From NCBI GenBank assembly GCA_035221665.1, contig CM069166.1:3968001-4032000 (forward strand): 64,000 bases of DNA, read 5' to 3'. This stretch comes from Okamejei kenojei (lineage: Eukaryota). The translations under genes and the position numbers were made by a program. Within the stretch, counting starts at the first letter, position 1. The number at the start of each line of letters is the position of its first letter. Positions 49,301 through 61,391 of this stretch are shown here, in pieces. Below the pieces are notes generated by a model. That model was not told the origin of the DNA, searched no databases, and was given only the letters and a program-made list of their open reading frames with translations.

Positions 49301-52012
49301 CTCATCCCCTCTCCCCACCCCACCCGTCTCCCCTCCCCCTCCCCGTGTGTGTGGGGGTGGTTAGGGTGTGAGGCCGAATGCCGCCCCCACGCCCCTCAAC
49401 TGTGCATTGGGGGAACCCGTTTATTTCCCCCCCCCCCCCAGCTGTTAATTCCCGCTTAATCCGCAGCTGTTGACCCCATTAAGTCCAGCTGTTGACGCTA
49501 AGCCACATCTGCAGCCGATCCGCTCTCCCGCAACATGAGCATCCTCAGGCTCCACACCCCGGTGTGTCGACATTATATAACCTTGTGGCTATAAACAGTC
49601 CATGTATATATAACAAACACCCTTTAATTATTCCCTGTAGAAATACCAGAATGTTCCATTTTATAATTCTTTTCTCAATGCACCTGTTAACCTTATTGCT
49701 AAGTTCAAGTGTATTGTTTATAGACAATAGGTGCAGGAGTAGGCCATTCAGCACTTTGAGCCAGCATCGCCATTCAATGTGATTCATGCTGATCATCATA
49801 CCAATCCTCTATATTTATAAAATTTCTGATCTTGGGTTATGTGTGTATTTATGCAATGTTTCGTGTGCGTATTCCCCGTTTGTTACATCCTGTATTTTTT
49901 CCAGGTACTAATTTCTTTACTCTTTAAATTTACCGAATCAATTAAAATCTCTATCTTTCCTGAAAGCCTACTGTTTCCATCTACAAGTACAGAGGAAACT
50001 ACAACAGCTTCAGCACCACCACATCAGTTTCCCAACATCAACGACAGTAAAACAACTAATGGCAGCAAAAGTGCATCTACACAACAGAAGCTACAAACCA
50101 CCTTCAGTGAGGACCACTATGCACCACTTACAAACACCTACACTGGTGAGTCCGGTATGCAAGAGTAATGCAAAATCAAATTATATTCCTTACACATCCA
50201 GTGAGAATAATGTTAAAATGGATTGGTCATGTGTGTTCCATGCATATACTGTTGGCCTATCTTCTGTCAAAAAAACTACAGGTTTTTGTTTTCCAAACTC
50301 TTTGGTCCCTCTCTAGCCACTCCCTTGCAGTTGAAGCTATGCGTGAGTGGATATGGGACGGGGATGGGTAAAAGGAGCGAATGAATAACATTAAATATAA
50401 TATCAAGGGGGGTGGTTAGTGTGCGTGTGAAACCGCAGCACCCCCTCCCCCAAATGCACGTAGGGGAAACAGACCCAACGGGTCAGCACTTGGTCTAGTA
50501 AATATTTAATATTTAATAAACTCTCGTGTTGGATTGTCCGGGTTCTATTTCGCGAATATTCGTTTCAGGCGTTTGTGAATCACCTCCTCCGAAATTTGCA
50601 AAAACTGGACAATTTTTACATATTCCCGGGGGGTTTTTCCACCTCCACTTAATGTTTGAAAATTATTCATCCTTTCCCTGCTTTTTCGGTAAAAAATTTC
50701 AAAATGTTAAAAAAAAATCAAACTGCTTCTCAACCATAGAACGTTGATGAACGTTCCATCGTGTGATATCACAATGCCCAATGCTCACAGATGTCCAATC
50801 GGAATGGATCTCATTTACATATGCCTATGCTCCAGCCCCAGCCACGCCCCCCCCCCCGATGTTGCAGCACGTACCCAACCAATCATTGTGTGATGTCACA
50901 ATGCCATCCCTCACAGATGGGCAATCGCAATGGATCTCATTTACATAAGCCTTTGCTCGAGCCTCAGCCCCGCCCCCCGCCGCCTGTGTCGAAGCGCGTG
51001 ATCACGTGATCAACGTAATAACGGCACGTTGAGATTCCTCACCGCCCACAACCCGCCCCAAAACATAGGTTTTTTAAACATATAAGTATCCCCTCTCTAC
51101 ACCCACCCTATCTACTCAATCCTCCTACTCTACCCCCTCTCTTCTCTCCAACCCCACTTCTCTCCCCCCCGCTCTCGCTCTCTCAACCCTCTCTCTCCCT
51201 CTCCCTCTCTGCCCTCCTCTCACCCTCTCCCCTCTCCGTCTCCCCCTCGCCCCTTTCCCCACGTGTGTGTGGGGGTGGTTAGTGTGCGTGTGACGCCGAA
51301 TGCCGCCCCCCCCCGCAACCGCGCATTGAGGGAATCCGTTATTTCCAGCTGTTGATGCCCGCTATTTTCCAGCTTATTGATGCCCGCTATTTCCCCAGCT
51401 GTTGATGCCCGTTATTCCAGCTGGTTGATGCCAGTTTCACCCGCCCCCAACCATCCAATGTGATCATGGCTGATCATCCCCATTCAGTACCAATCTCTAT
51501 ACTTATAAAACTCTTGGATGTGTGTGTATTTGTGCAATGTTTTCGTGTGCGTTTTTTCCCTGTTTGTTACTTACCTCCCGTTTTTTTTTTCTGGTACTAA
51601 ATTTCTTACAATTTTAAAAGTTTGGAGTCATTTAATCTTTAAATTTACCTGAATCAAAAATCTCTACCTTTCCAGAAACCACTATTCCATCTAACAGGTT
51701 CAGAGTAGGCAACTACAACAGCTTCAAGCACCACATCGGTTCCCCATACAACGACAAAAATAGAAACAACTAAGGGCAGCAACAACAGAAGCTACCACCA
51801 CCTCACGATCACACCACTTACACCCACTGGTGAGTCCGGTATGCAAGTGTAATGCAAAATAAAATATATTCCTTATAAATACAGTGAATAAGAATCATTA
51901 CAGTAGAAACAAGTTAACATGGATTGGCCATGTGTGTTTTCCATGGCATATACTGTTGGCCTATCTTCTGTCAAACACACCACAGACTTTGTTTCCAAAT
52001 TCTTTGGTCCCC
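43340..52012 (+). mobile_element. Non-autonomous Helitron tandem array, copy 1 (error-rich)
   Basis: 3' ends at ~43798 (CTAG), ~47559 (CTTG) and ~50498 (hairpin plus CTAG); same layout as copy 2. Confidence 0.6.
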
Positions 52013-52747
52013 CTTGGTAGAGCTAATAGGACTTGTTGTTTCAATCTCTGTAATAAGTCGGCACTCTGTGCTATATTGCAGTGGGATTGGAGTGGTTGAA
52101 AGGTAGGGTAGGTACGTCATCGGGGTCCATCAGGTTGGGCACTCTCTCCTTCTTTGAGGTTTCACTGATAAGCCCACAACATCTCCAGAGGGCTCAACGG
52201 TGATACCTGTGTCCCAGTTACACCCCCCTCAATTCCATTCATACCCTCCTGTATTCAATCTTGCAGCCCCAATTGTTGTTTGCTTCTCCTTTTGATCCAG
52301 ATCCAATTGCTGTTTTTTCCTCCTTCCCGCAGAATTTGATAATGATTTGATTGCTTGTTGCACCCCCATTTTCTTTCATAGCCCGGTACATAGATGTAAA
52401 CAACAAATCCACCCCTGCATGCCCCACTTCAACAGGGAAAAGCTTGGTCTTCCAGCCATTCAGGGAACCTTTCAGTTACCAGTTCAGAGTACTCATTTGT
52501 TTTTTATTTTCCTCTCATAAGCTTTTTTCAACACCATCTTCCCATGGAACTGTCAATTCCACAACATATTCCAACTTGGCTGTTGTGGCCCCACAGACCA
52601 ATGTCTGGCCGGAGTGTTGTAACCACAATGTCTGGGGGAAACACAAGCCTTTTTTCTAAGTAACTGCAGATCTGGAGAATCGAGTTACACAAAAAGCTGG
52701 AGAAACTCAGCGGTGCAGTCCCAGCAGGCTAAGAGCGAAGGATAACG

Positions 52748-53584
52748 CATACCTGCCAACTTGTGAGATTGAAAAATGCGGAATCCTATAGTCTGACGTC
52801 AGTGAGGGCGGGCACGTGACGTCAGTAAGGGGCGGGGCAGGTGTCAGTAAGGGGCGGGTACGTGACGTCATGAGGGCGGGAAAGAGACCTCAGGGGGGTT
52901 ACACAAAATGCTGGAGAAAACTCAGCGGGTGCAGTACAATGTCGGTGATCTCAGTCTGAAGAAGGGTCTCACCCAAAACGTCGCCTATCTCCGCTCCTTA
53001 GATGCTGCTGCACCCGCTGATTTCTCCAGCATTTTGCGTAACCCTCGATTCTCCAGCATCTGCAGTTTTCTTCGTCATACTCTCAGGTTTGTGAGTGTTG
53101 GTGAGGCGGGAACGGGCTGGCCCCGAACCCGACCTGAAACAGCGCTTCTGCGGTCAACTCACCGGCTGACAGCCCGGCGGCGGCGGCATGCGGCGCTGAG
53201 GTGAGGTACCGAGAGTGTAATGCCCGTCTGGGCCGGACCGACCATCTCTCCCTGCCCCCTCATCGCCTCTTCCCTGCCCCTGAAGTGGATAATGAACGTA
53301 TTTGCTTACTACCCCACGGGATGATCGTTGATTTCCCCCTCTCCACCCTCCTCCCCGGTGCCCAGACTCGCACCTATTCTTTCTCCCCTGCGCTTCAGAG
53401 TCTAGAGCTCCAGCCGTTCCATCCAATTCCGATTTTTTTGTCTCATATTTCCAAGAAAAAAAATCGGAAAAAAAACACTAGAAAGTTTCTGTGTTTTATT
53501 TTCCCCTCGGAATATTGAGACAAAAAATCTGGAATTCGGAATTGGGATGGAAAAATCGGAAGAATTCCGAATCGGGGAGGTATG
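52748..53584. mobile_element. Short-TIR (CATACCT..) DNA element carrying a CRE/GC-box array
   Basis: Starts CATACCTGCC and ends GGGGAGGTATG. 23-bp repeat x4 with TGACGTCA at 52794, 52817 and 52863 plus GGGCGG boxes. Present only in copy 2. Confidence 0.5.
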
Positions 53585-54662
53585 TAGACGGTGATGTAGG
53601 AGAGATAAAGAACAACGAGATATAGACGGTGATGTGGAGAGATAAAGAACAATGAATGAAAGATATGCAAAAAAGTATCGAGTGATAAAGGGAACAAGCC
53701 ATTGTAAGCTGTTTGTGGTGTGAAAATGAGAAGCTAGTGCGACTAGGGTGGGGGAGGGAGTTAGAGATAGAGGGAATGCCAGGGCCCGAGGGCTGAGGGA
53801 GAAGTGGGGACGGGAGGAGACAGCAGGGGTTAACAGAATTGAGAAAATTCAATGTTTCAAGCCCAAAGGATGCAGACTCCCCAAGCGGAATATGAGGTGC
53901 TGTTCCTCCAACTTGCGGTGTTTGCTCACTCTGGCCATGGAGGAGGGCCCCCAGGACCGAGAGGTCGGATACGGAATGTGGGGAGGGGGATTGAAGTGCT
54001 GAAGCGACCGGGAGGTCGGGTTGGAGTTTTTTGCGGACCGAGCGGCAAAGGTGTTCGGCTAAACGATCGCCAAGCCTCCGCTTGGTCTCACCGCCCCACC
54101 CCCCCCCTCAACGTTATAGATCATCTGGCATCTGGAGCAGCGGATGCAGTAGAGGAGGTTGGAGGAGGTGCAGGTGAACCCTCTGTCGGACCTGGAAGGA
54201 CTGCTTTGGGTCCCTGAAAGGATGGAGGGGGAGGTGAAGGGACAATTGGTTGCATTTCTTGCGGTTGCAAGGGAAAGTGCCCGGGAAGGAGTAGAGGCGG
54301 AGGGGAGGGAAGAATTGACAATGGAGTCACTGGAGGGAGCGTCCTTTGCGGAAGGCAGAGACGGGGGAGAATGGGAAAGATGAGGGTGGCGGTGAGAGGG
54401 GTCCACGTTGGAGGTGGCGAAACTGGCGGAGGACTATCTGTTGTATTTGCCGGCTGGTGGGGTGAAAGGTGAGGACCAGGGGGACTCTGCCCTGTTTGCG
54501 AGTGGGGGAATGGGGAGAGAGGGCAGTGTTGCGGGGTATGGAGGAGACCCTGGTGCGAGCCTCATCAATAGTGGGGGAGGGGAATCCCCATTCTCTGAAG
54601 AATGAGGCCATTTGTGATGACCTGGTGTGAAACACCTCATCCTGGGAGCAGATGCGGCGTAG
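53585..54662 (-). mobile_element. Penelope-like element fragment (RT C-terminus, linker, GIY-YIG), copy 2
   Basis: FHTRSSQMASFFREWGFP...RVPLVLTFHP...FRHLQR and FTCTSSNLLYCIRCSRCQMIY motifs. Confidence 0.85.
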
Positions 54663-56282
54663 ACGGGTGAAATTATTATGGGCAACAAGGAAATGCAGAA
54701 GAGTTGAATAGGTTCTTCGGATCTGTCTTCACTAGGGCCGAATGGCCTCCTCCTGCACCTATTTTCTATGTTTCAATGTTTCTATGAGCTATTAAGCGGA
54801 GCTCTATGATCAGCGGGGGGATTTCCTGTCATTTATTAATGTCCAAACAAAAAGTAGGAATGTTACAAAATTTTGAGATTTTAAAAATCAAGCATGTAAT
54901 TTATCCCATCAGATAAAGCATAAAAAGAAGTTTAATTTGACACCTAATTCACTTTCATATCTTCAATATTAAAAAAGATGGCCATTTTCATTCTGCCATT
55001 TTCATGCTCGGAAATTAGCATCTTGTTCCCTATTGGTTTTTCATTGACAACACAAAAGCTGTGATCGAGGACAGTCAGAAGCCCATAACTTTCTTAAAAA
55101 TGAAGAGAACTGAATTAAAATTTCATTTATTATAGATTGAAGCATTCTGAAACAAATATGAAACATCTTACTTGGATGACCTGAAATTAAAGCATATAAT
55201 TAGTTAGTTACTTAATTGTAGCTAATTACAAAATTGACCATTGTGATGGAAATAGTAATAAACACCCAGACTGCCTTGAAAATCCCAAAATGTGATATTT
55301 TCAAGATCAGAACTTTAATATTATTGTATTATATGCTGTAAGTCCGTAAAAAGATAGGTAAAGAAATTACAATTTCTAACAATAGAACAAGTCTCAAGGT
55401 AGAGAAGATCCTCTACCCCCTCCCCTAGGCGAAAGAGAAGGGAAGGGGAGAGAGGGAGAGGGGTGGAGGGGGAGAGGGCCCTTCCTCTCTGTCCCCGACT
55501 ATCTTCCCCCTTCCCTCTTACCACCTCTATTTCTGCCCCGTTCCTCTCTTCCCCCTCCCCCTCTGCCCCCTCCCTCTCTAGGAAATCCCTCACTTCCCTC
55601 TCCCCCTTCTTTCCCCCATCCTCTTTCTCCCCCCCCTCTCTCTCCCCCTGCCCTCCCACCCCTCTCTCCCTCCGCATCCACCATACCTCCACTCTCTCCC
55701 CCCCCTCTCATCCCACTTCACATTCCCCCCCTGTGTTTGGGGGGACGGGACCCTCGGTCTAGTAACTTATCTATCTATTTTTAAAACTGTGCGTGTGTGT
55801 GTCATTTTGCCTTTGAAACGTATCTCTTCGAAAACCAGAGGCATAAACGGGAAGATTTTTACATATTTCTGTAGGGATTTACCTTATGAGTCAGAAGCTG
55901 CTGCTGACGTCACAATGCCCACATGCCCACCAATCGAGGCCCATCTGCCTCCTGCCCCCCCTCCCCCCCCCCCCCCCCGCTGTGGGCTAAAGCATTCTTT
56001 ATTTCTTTTTTACATAGCATTGAAATTTTTTGTGTCTCTGTGTCCCTCTCCGTGTCCCGCACCCCCCCCCCCCCCCCCCGGGGCCTGGCTCTCGATTAAA
56101 CATCTGCTGTTTTGCATGCGTTAAGTCTCTTCCCCCGTTCTTTAAAAAGCGTAGAAAGAACGAGCAGGTTCTTCAGATCCCGAGGACACCTGGTTTATTT
56201 TGTGAAGTCACGCTTCCCGCAGCTGGACTCCCACGCCTGCCCGCCCACTCCAGCCCCCCCCCCCCCACCGTTCTTCAAGATG

Positions 56283-57843
56283 TATTTATTTATTTATTTG
56301 TTTATTTGTTCCGAACCAGTAAAGACCTAAATAGGAATAAATAACAACAACAAAATCGAAATAGTCAAACAATTGGACATTCCAGGCAATATTTGCAAAG
56401 CAATGAAAGGTATAAAGAAAATTTTAAATGTGCAACACTTTTTCTTTACAAGCTCGAAAAGGAGTGAGAAGAATAACATTTAATCTCACCCCTTCTCCCT
56501 AAACCTTGCTTCCATATTTAATAATTAATTAATAACAATAATTATCACCATTATTAATAACATTGCTTATAATCATAATAACAATAATGATAACATATCA
56601 ATAGTAATATAATATGTAACACAATATACAATATATAATCTACAATAGCTAATTATTCATTTGAAATACAATTTAACCGTAGACGTACCCCAGACAATTT
56701 TTAGAGATGCATACAGACATATATATACATACAACTGATAAACACATACAAGTAATATGTATGAAGTAACCAAAAAACATAAATAAATAATAAATAAATA
56801 AACATTAATAAACATTAACCCCTGTTTGTCAACCATCCCCTTCATCCCTGTACCTTGTGAAAAAAAGTTTTTTGTATGTCATTTTGAACTGGTTCATGTT
56901 TGGACATTGCTTTAACTCCACATTCAAACTGTTCCACAATCCCACTCCACAGACCGAAATACAAAAAGTTTTTCTAGTCGTGCGGACTCTTTGTACCTTA
57001 AAATTAAATATTCGCTCATTGAATAATTTTTGTATATTTCCAGGTAAGTTTTTATTTTTGGCCCTAAACATTATCTGTGCTGTTTTAAATGCAACCAAAT
57101 CTGCTAATTTTAATAATTTTGATTGTAAGAATAATGAATTAGTGTGATCCAGATACCTGATAATGCGTATTGCTCTTTTTTGCAGAATAGTTAATGAATA
57201 TAGCGAACTTTTATAGTTATTGCCCCAGACTTCTGCACAGTAATTTAAGTAGGGTAAGATTAGTGAACAGTAGAGAATGCGGAGTGATTTGTGATCCAGA
57301 ACCTGCTTAACTTTGTGTAATACAGAAATGCTTTTTGACAATTTGGATTGTACATGTTTAATGTGTGATTTCCAGCTGATTCTATCATCCATTATAACCC
57401 CAAGAAATTTATTTTCATGAACTCGTTCAACTTCAACCCCATTTATCTTTATATTCGCTTGTGTATTTGTTCTGCAATTACCAAATAACATTATTTTGGT
57501 TTTGCTCAAGTTTTAATGATATTTTGTCCTGTCAAAACCATGTTTTCAGTTTTGCCCATTTCTTTTGTTATTTTGTCCAGTAGTTGTTTTAAATTCTCCC
57601 CAGAACAAAAAATATTTGTGGTGTCTGCGAACAAGACCAGCCTCAAGGCATTGGACACATTACAAATGTCGTTTATATACATGATGAATAGTTTTGGACC
57701 CAACACTGACCCCTGGGGGACACCACAAGCAATGTCCAAAAATGTAGAACTGTAGCTGCCCAGCTTCACAAACTGTTGCGTGTTACTTAAATAGCTTTTT
57801 ATCCAATCCAGTACTAGACCTCTGATGCCATACCTTTCTAATT
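56283..57843 (-). mobile_element. Crack/L2-group LINE, 5'-truncated (copy 1 at ~44383-46378)
   Basis: CGVPQGSVLGPKLFIMYINDI, LFADT, KFLGVIMD, LILPYLNYCAEVWG and LQKRAIRII; 3'UTR stem-loop and (AAAT)n tail. Confidence 0.8.
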
Positions 57844-57921
57844 TTTTAAAATGCGCAGAAAAAACGAGCGTTCTGCAGATCGGGAGGTCACCGGTGGTCA
57901 CAGCAGGTCACAGCCAGTCAC

Positions 57922-57980
57922 CTGAGGCCACCGACTTGTTTCTGAATCCTCTCCTTCTCCTCCACCCGATGGTAGAACAT
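57922..57980 (-). pseudogene. Helitron-embedded first-exon-like fragment with a strong Kozak context
   Basis: Minus strand: GCCGCC-ATG MFYHRVEEKERIQKQVGGL, then AG|GTGACT, in CpG-rich DNA; donor gene not recognised. Confidence 0.4.
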
Positions 57981-58151
57981 GGCGGCGACAGCGGCCGTTA
58001 TAGTCGCGCGGGACACGCGATGAGAAGGTGGCCCTCGCGGCCATGACTCCCTCTGGGAAACCAGTCCCCGGCGCAGCGAGTCAAGTCACGCCCCTCCCTC
58101 CGTCCCTCGCGCTGCCAGTCGCGCCGCTCAAGGCCTTTGATAAAAACCTTG

Positions 58152-58295
58152 NNNNNNNNNNNNNNNNNNNNNNNNNNNNNNNNNNNNNNNNNNNNNNNNN
58201 NNNNNNNNNNNNNNNNNNNNNNNNNNNNNNNNNNNNNNNNNNNNNNNNNNNNNNNNNNNNNNNNNNNNNNNNNNNNNNNNNNNNNNNNNNNNNNN
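58152..58295. other. Assembly gap (144 N)
   Basis: Run of N inside a CT-rich low-complexity tract. Confidence 1.
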
Positions 58296-58828
58296 CCTCC
58301 CTCTCTCAGCTCCCTCGCCCTCCTCTCACCCCACCCTCTCGTCATCACCCCTCCCTCTCTCATCCACCCCCCTCCCTCTCTCATCACCCCCTCTCTCCTC
58401 CCACCCTCTCTTCATCACCCCCTCCCTCTCTCACGTCACCCCCTCCCTCTCACCCCCCCCTCTCATCACCCTCTCTCTCATCACCCCCTCTCTCACCCTC
58501 CCCCTCTCATCACCCCCTCCCCCTCTCATCACCCTCCTCCCCCCTCTCATCCCCCCTCCGTCTCTCTCCCCCCCTTTCCCCTTCCCTCTCCCCATTCCCT
58601 CCCTCCCCCTCCCACCCCCACTTCTCTCTCTGCCCTCACTCTCTACCCCCCCCCCCACCTCTCTAGACGCGCCTGCGAGTTGGGGGCTATGCGTCAGTAG
58701 ATAGGACGGTTATGGGGTAAAAGGAGCAAATTAATATTAATAAAATAACAAAGGGGGTAGTTAATGTGTGTGCGGGGGGCTAGTTAGTGTGTGTGTGTGT
58801 GTGGGTGGTTAATGTGTTTGACGCCGCA

Positions 58829-58863
<35 letters not shown>

Positions 58864-59640
58864 CAACCGTATGTTGGAGGAACAGACCCAACGAGTCTGC
58901 ACTTGGTCTTGTATATATTTAAAACTCTCGTGTTGGTTTGTCCGGGTACTATTTCGCTAATATTCGTTTAAGACGTTTGTGAATCTCCTCCTCCAAAATG
59001 TGCAAAAATGGAATAACATATCCTTTCCCTGCTTTTTCAGTAAAAAACATTAAACATTTCAAAATGTTAAAAAAATCTAACTGCTTCTCACCCATAGAAC
59101 GTTGATGAACATTCCATCGTGTAATGTCACAATGCCCAATGCTCACAGATGTCCAATCGGAATGGATCTCATTTACATATTCCTTTGCTCCAGCCGTAGC
59201 CCCGCCCCCCGCCGCCTGAAGTTGCAGCACATTCCATTGTGTGATGTCACAATTCCATCCCTCACAGATGGTCAATCGCAACGGATCTCATTTACATATG
59301 CCCCAGCCCCGCCCTCCCGCCGCCTGTGTCGAAGCGCGTGATCACGTGATCAACATAACGGCCGTTGCGACTCTCTCCGCCCACAACCCGCCCCAAAACA
59401 CAGGTTTTATAAGCGTGTAAGTATCCCCTCTCTACCCCCTCTCCCTCCTCCTCCTGCTCATCGCCCTCCCCCCCTCCTCTCCTCCACCACCCCCCCCCCT
59501 CGCCCCCCCCTCCTCCCCCACCCCCCTCTTTACCCACCTCCCCCCCCGTCCTCTGCCCCCCCCCCCCCATCCTCTCCGTGAAACAGAAAATACCGATGTT
59601 CAGGACAGAATAATATCGACAGAAAACAATATTTCTTCAC

Positions 59641-59747
59641 CTTTTCTTTGTTATTGGGGAACCTGAAGAAAGACAGATAGGGTCGTCCACATTGTCGATT
59701 ACAGCAATTTATAGCAGAACAGTGAGCTGTAGATGTAGTGGACCCAT
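59641..59747 (-). pseudogene. Helitron-embedded THAP-domain exon 1 fragment (copy 1 at 48285-48390)
   Basis: STTSTAHCSAINCCNRQCGRPYLSFFRFPNNKE(K/R) then donor GTGAAG: the THAP CxxxxC...FFRFP signature. The ATG at 59747 is out of frame by 1 nt. Confidence 0.75.
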
Positions 59748-61232
59748 GACGGTATCAAGGCAGTCCTTCAAAATGCGGAGAACAATCGACCCCCGCACGC
59801 GCGCGTTCTCAATCGCCGCCCGCCCGACTTGGCGGGAAGAGGCAGCGCTGGGGTAAAACCGGCGGCAGCCATGGGATGTCATGGGGGGGGGGGGGGGGAA
59901 GGTGACAGCACGCGAGGCCCCGCCTCCCTAAGCATGCGCTCTGGCGGCAGCTGTCGTCGCTCCCCCGCATGCCTCCAGCTTTCGACGCAGGTTAACCTCC
60001 TGCCTACCCAACTCTCCAGCTGTTAACATCCCACCTCCTCCCCCGCCGTAGACGTCCGTTAAACTCCCACCGACCCAACAATCAACGCTCGTACGCTCAC
60101 GGCCTTCAGCTGTTGACACTCCCGCCCACCCGCCTTCACCCTCTCAAATGTCAGCGCCCATCAATCGCCCGTACCGCCACCCATCCCCAGCTGTGTCTGC
60201 CCGTTAACCGCACAGTCGAACTTTTGCCGACCCTTCTCGCCCGTACACTCAATCAATTGTTCAATGCCCATAAACCGCCCGATCCCCCCCCCCCCCACTG
60301 TCGACGCTTGGCCGTCCAACTGTTGACCCTCGCTCATTCACGTACCCCAATAGTTGACTATCGCTCCTGGGTGGCCCGACCAACTGTCAACACTCGTTCC
60401 CACCCAAAACACCCCTCTCCCTCTTCTCCCCTCTCCCTCTCCTCCCTCTCTCCGCCCCTCTCTCTCCCCCCCTCTCTTTTCTCCCCCCCTTTCCCCCTCC
60501 TCTACCTCTCACCTTTCTCTCCCCTCTCCCCACCCCGTCTCTCCCTCTCCTCCCTCTCTCCGGCCCTCCCTCTCTCCCCCCTCCTCTCCCTCTCACCCTT
60601 CTCTCCCCTCTCCCCACCCCGTCTCCCCCTCTCCCCGTGTGTGTGGGGGGTGGTTAGTGGGTGTGAGGCCGAATGCCGCCCCCACCCCCGCAACTGTGCA
60701 TTGGGGGAACCCGTTATTTCCAGCTGTTAATTCCCGCTAATCCAGCTGTTGACCCCATTATGTCCAGCTGTTGACGCTAGCCACATCTGCAGCCGATCCG
60801 CTCTCCCGCAACATGAGCATCCTCAGGCTCCACACGCCGGTGTGTCGACATTATATAACCTTGTGGCTATAAACACGTCATGTATATATAACAAACACCT
60901 TTAATTATTTCCCTGTATGAAATACCAGATGTTCCATTTTATAATTCTATTCTCAATGCACCTGTTAACCTTATTGCTAAGTTCAAGTGTATTGTTTATA
61001 GACAATAGGTGCAGGAGTAGGCCATTCAGCACTTTGAGCCAGCATCGCCATTCAATGTGATCATGGCTGATCATCAGTACCAATCTCTATATTTATAAAA
61101 TTCTGATCTTGGATATGTGTGTATTTATGCAATGTTCGTGTGCGTTTCCCCGTTTGTTACTTCCTGTATTTTTCCGGTACTAATTTCTTTACTCTTTAAA
61201 TTTACCTGAATCAAAAATCTCTATCTTTCCAG

Positions 61233-61391
61233 AAACCACTGTTCCATCTACAAGTACAGAGGAAACTACAACAGCTTCAAGCACCACATCAGTTCCCACA
61301 TCAACGACAGTAGAAACAACTAAGGGCAGCAAAAGTGCATCTACAACAGAAGCTACAACCACCTTCAGGACCACACCACTTACACCCACTG
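61233..61391 (+). CDS. Ser/Thr-rich mucin-type exon (phase 1-1, 159 nt) inside a Helitron
   Basis: Acceptor CTATCTTTCCAG and donor G|GTGAGT; TTVPSTSTEETTTASSTTSVPTSTTVETTKGSKSASTTEATTTFRTTPLTPT with no stops. Garbled copy at ~49963-50145. Confidence 0.6.
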
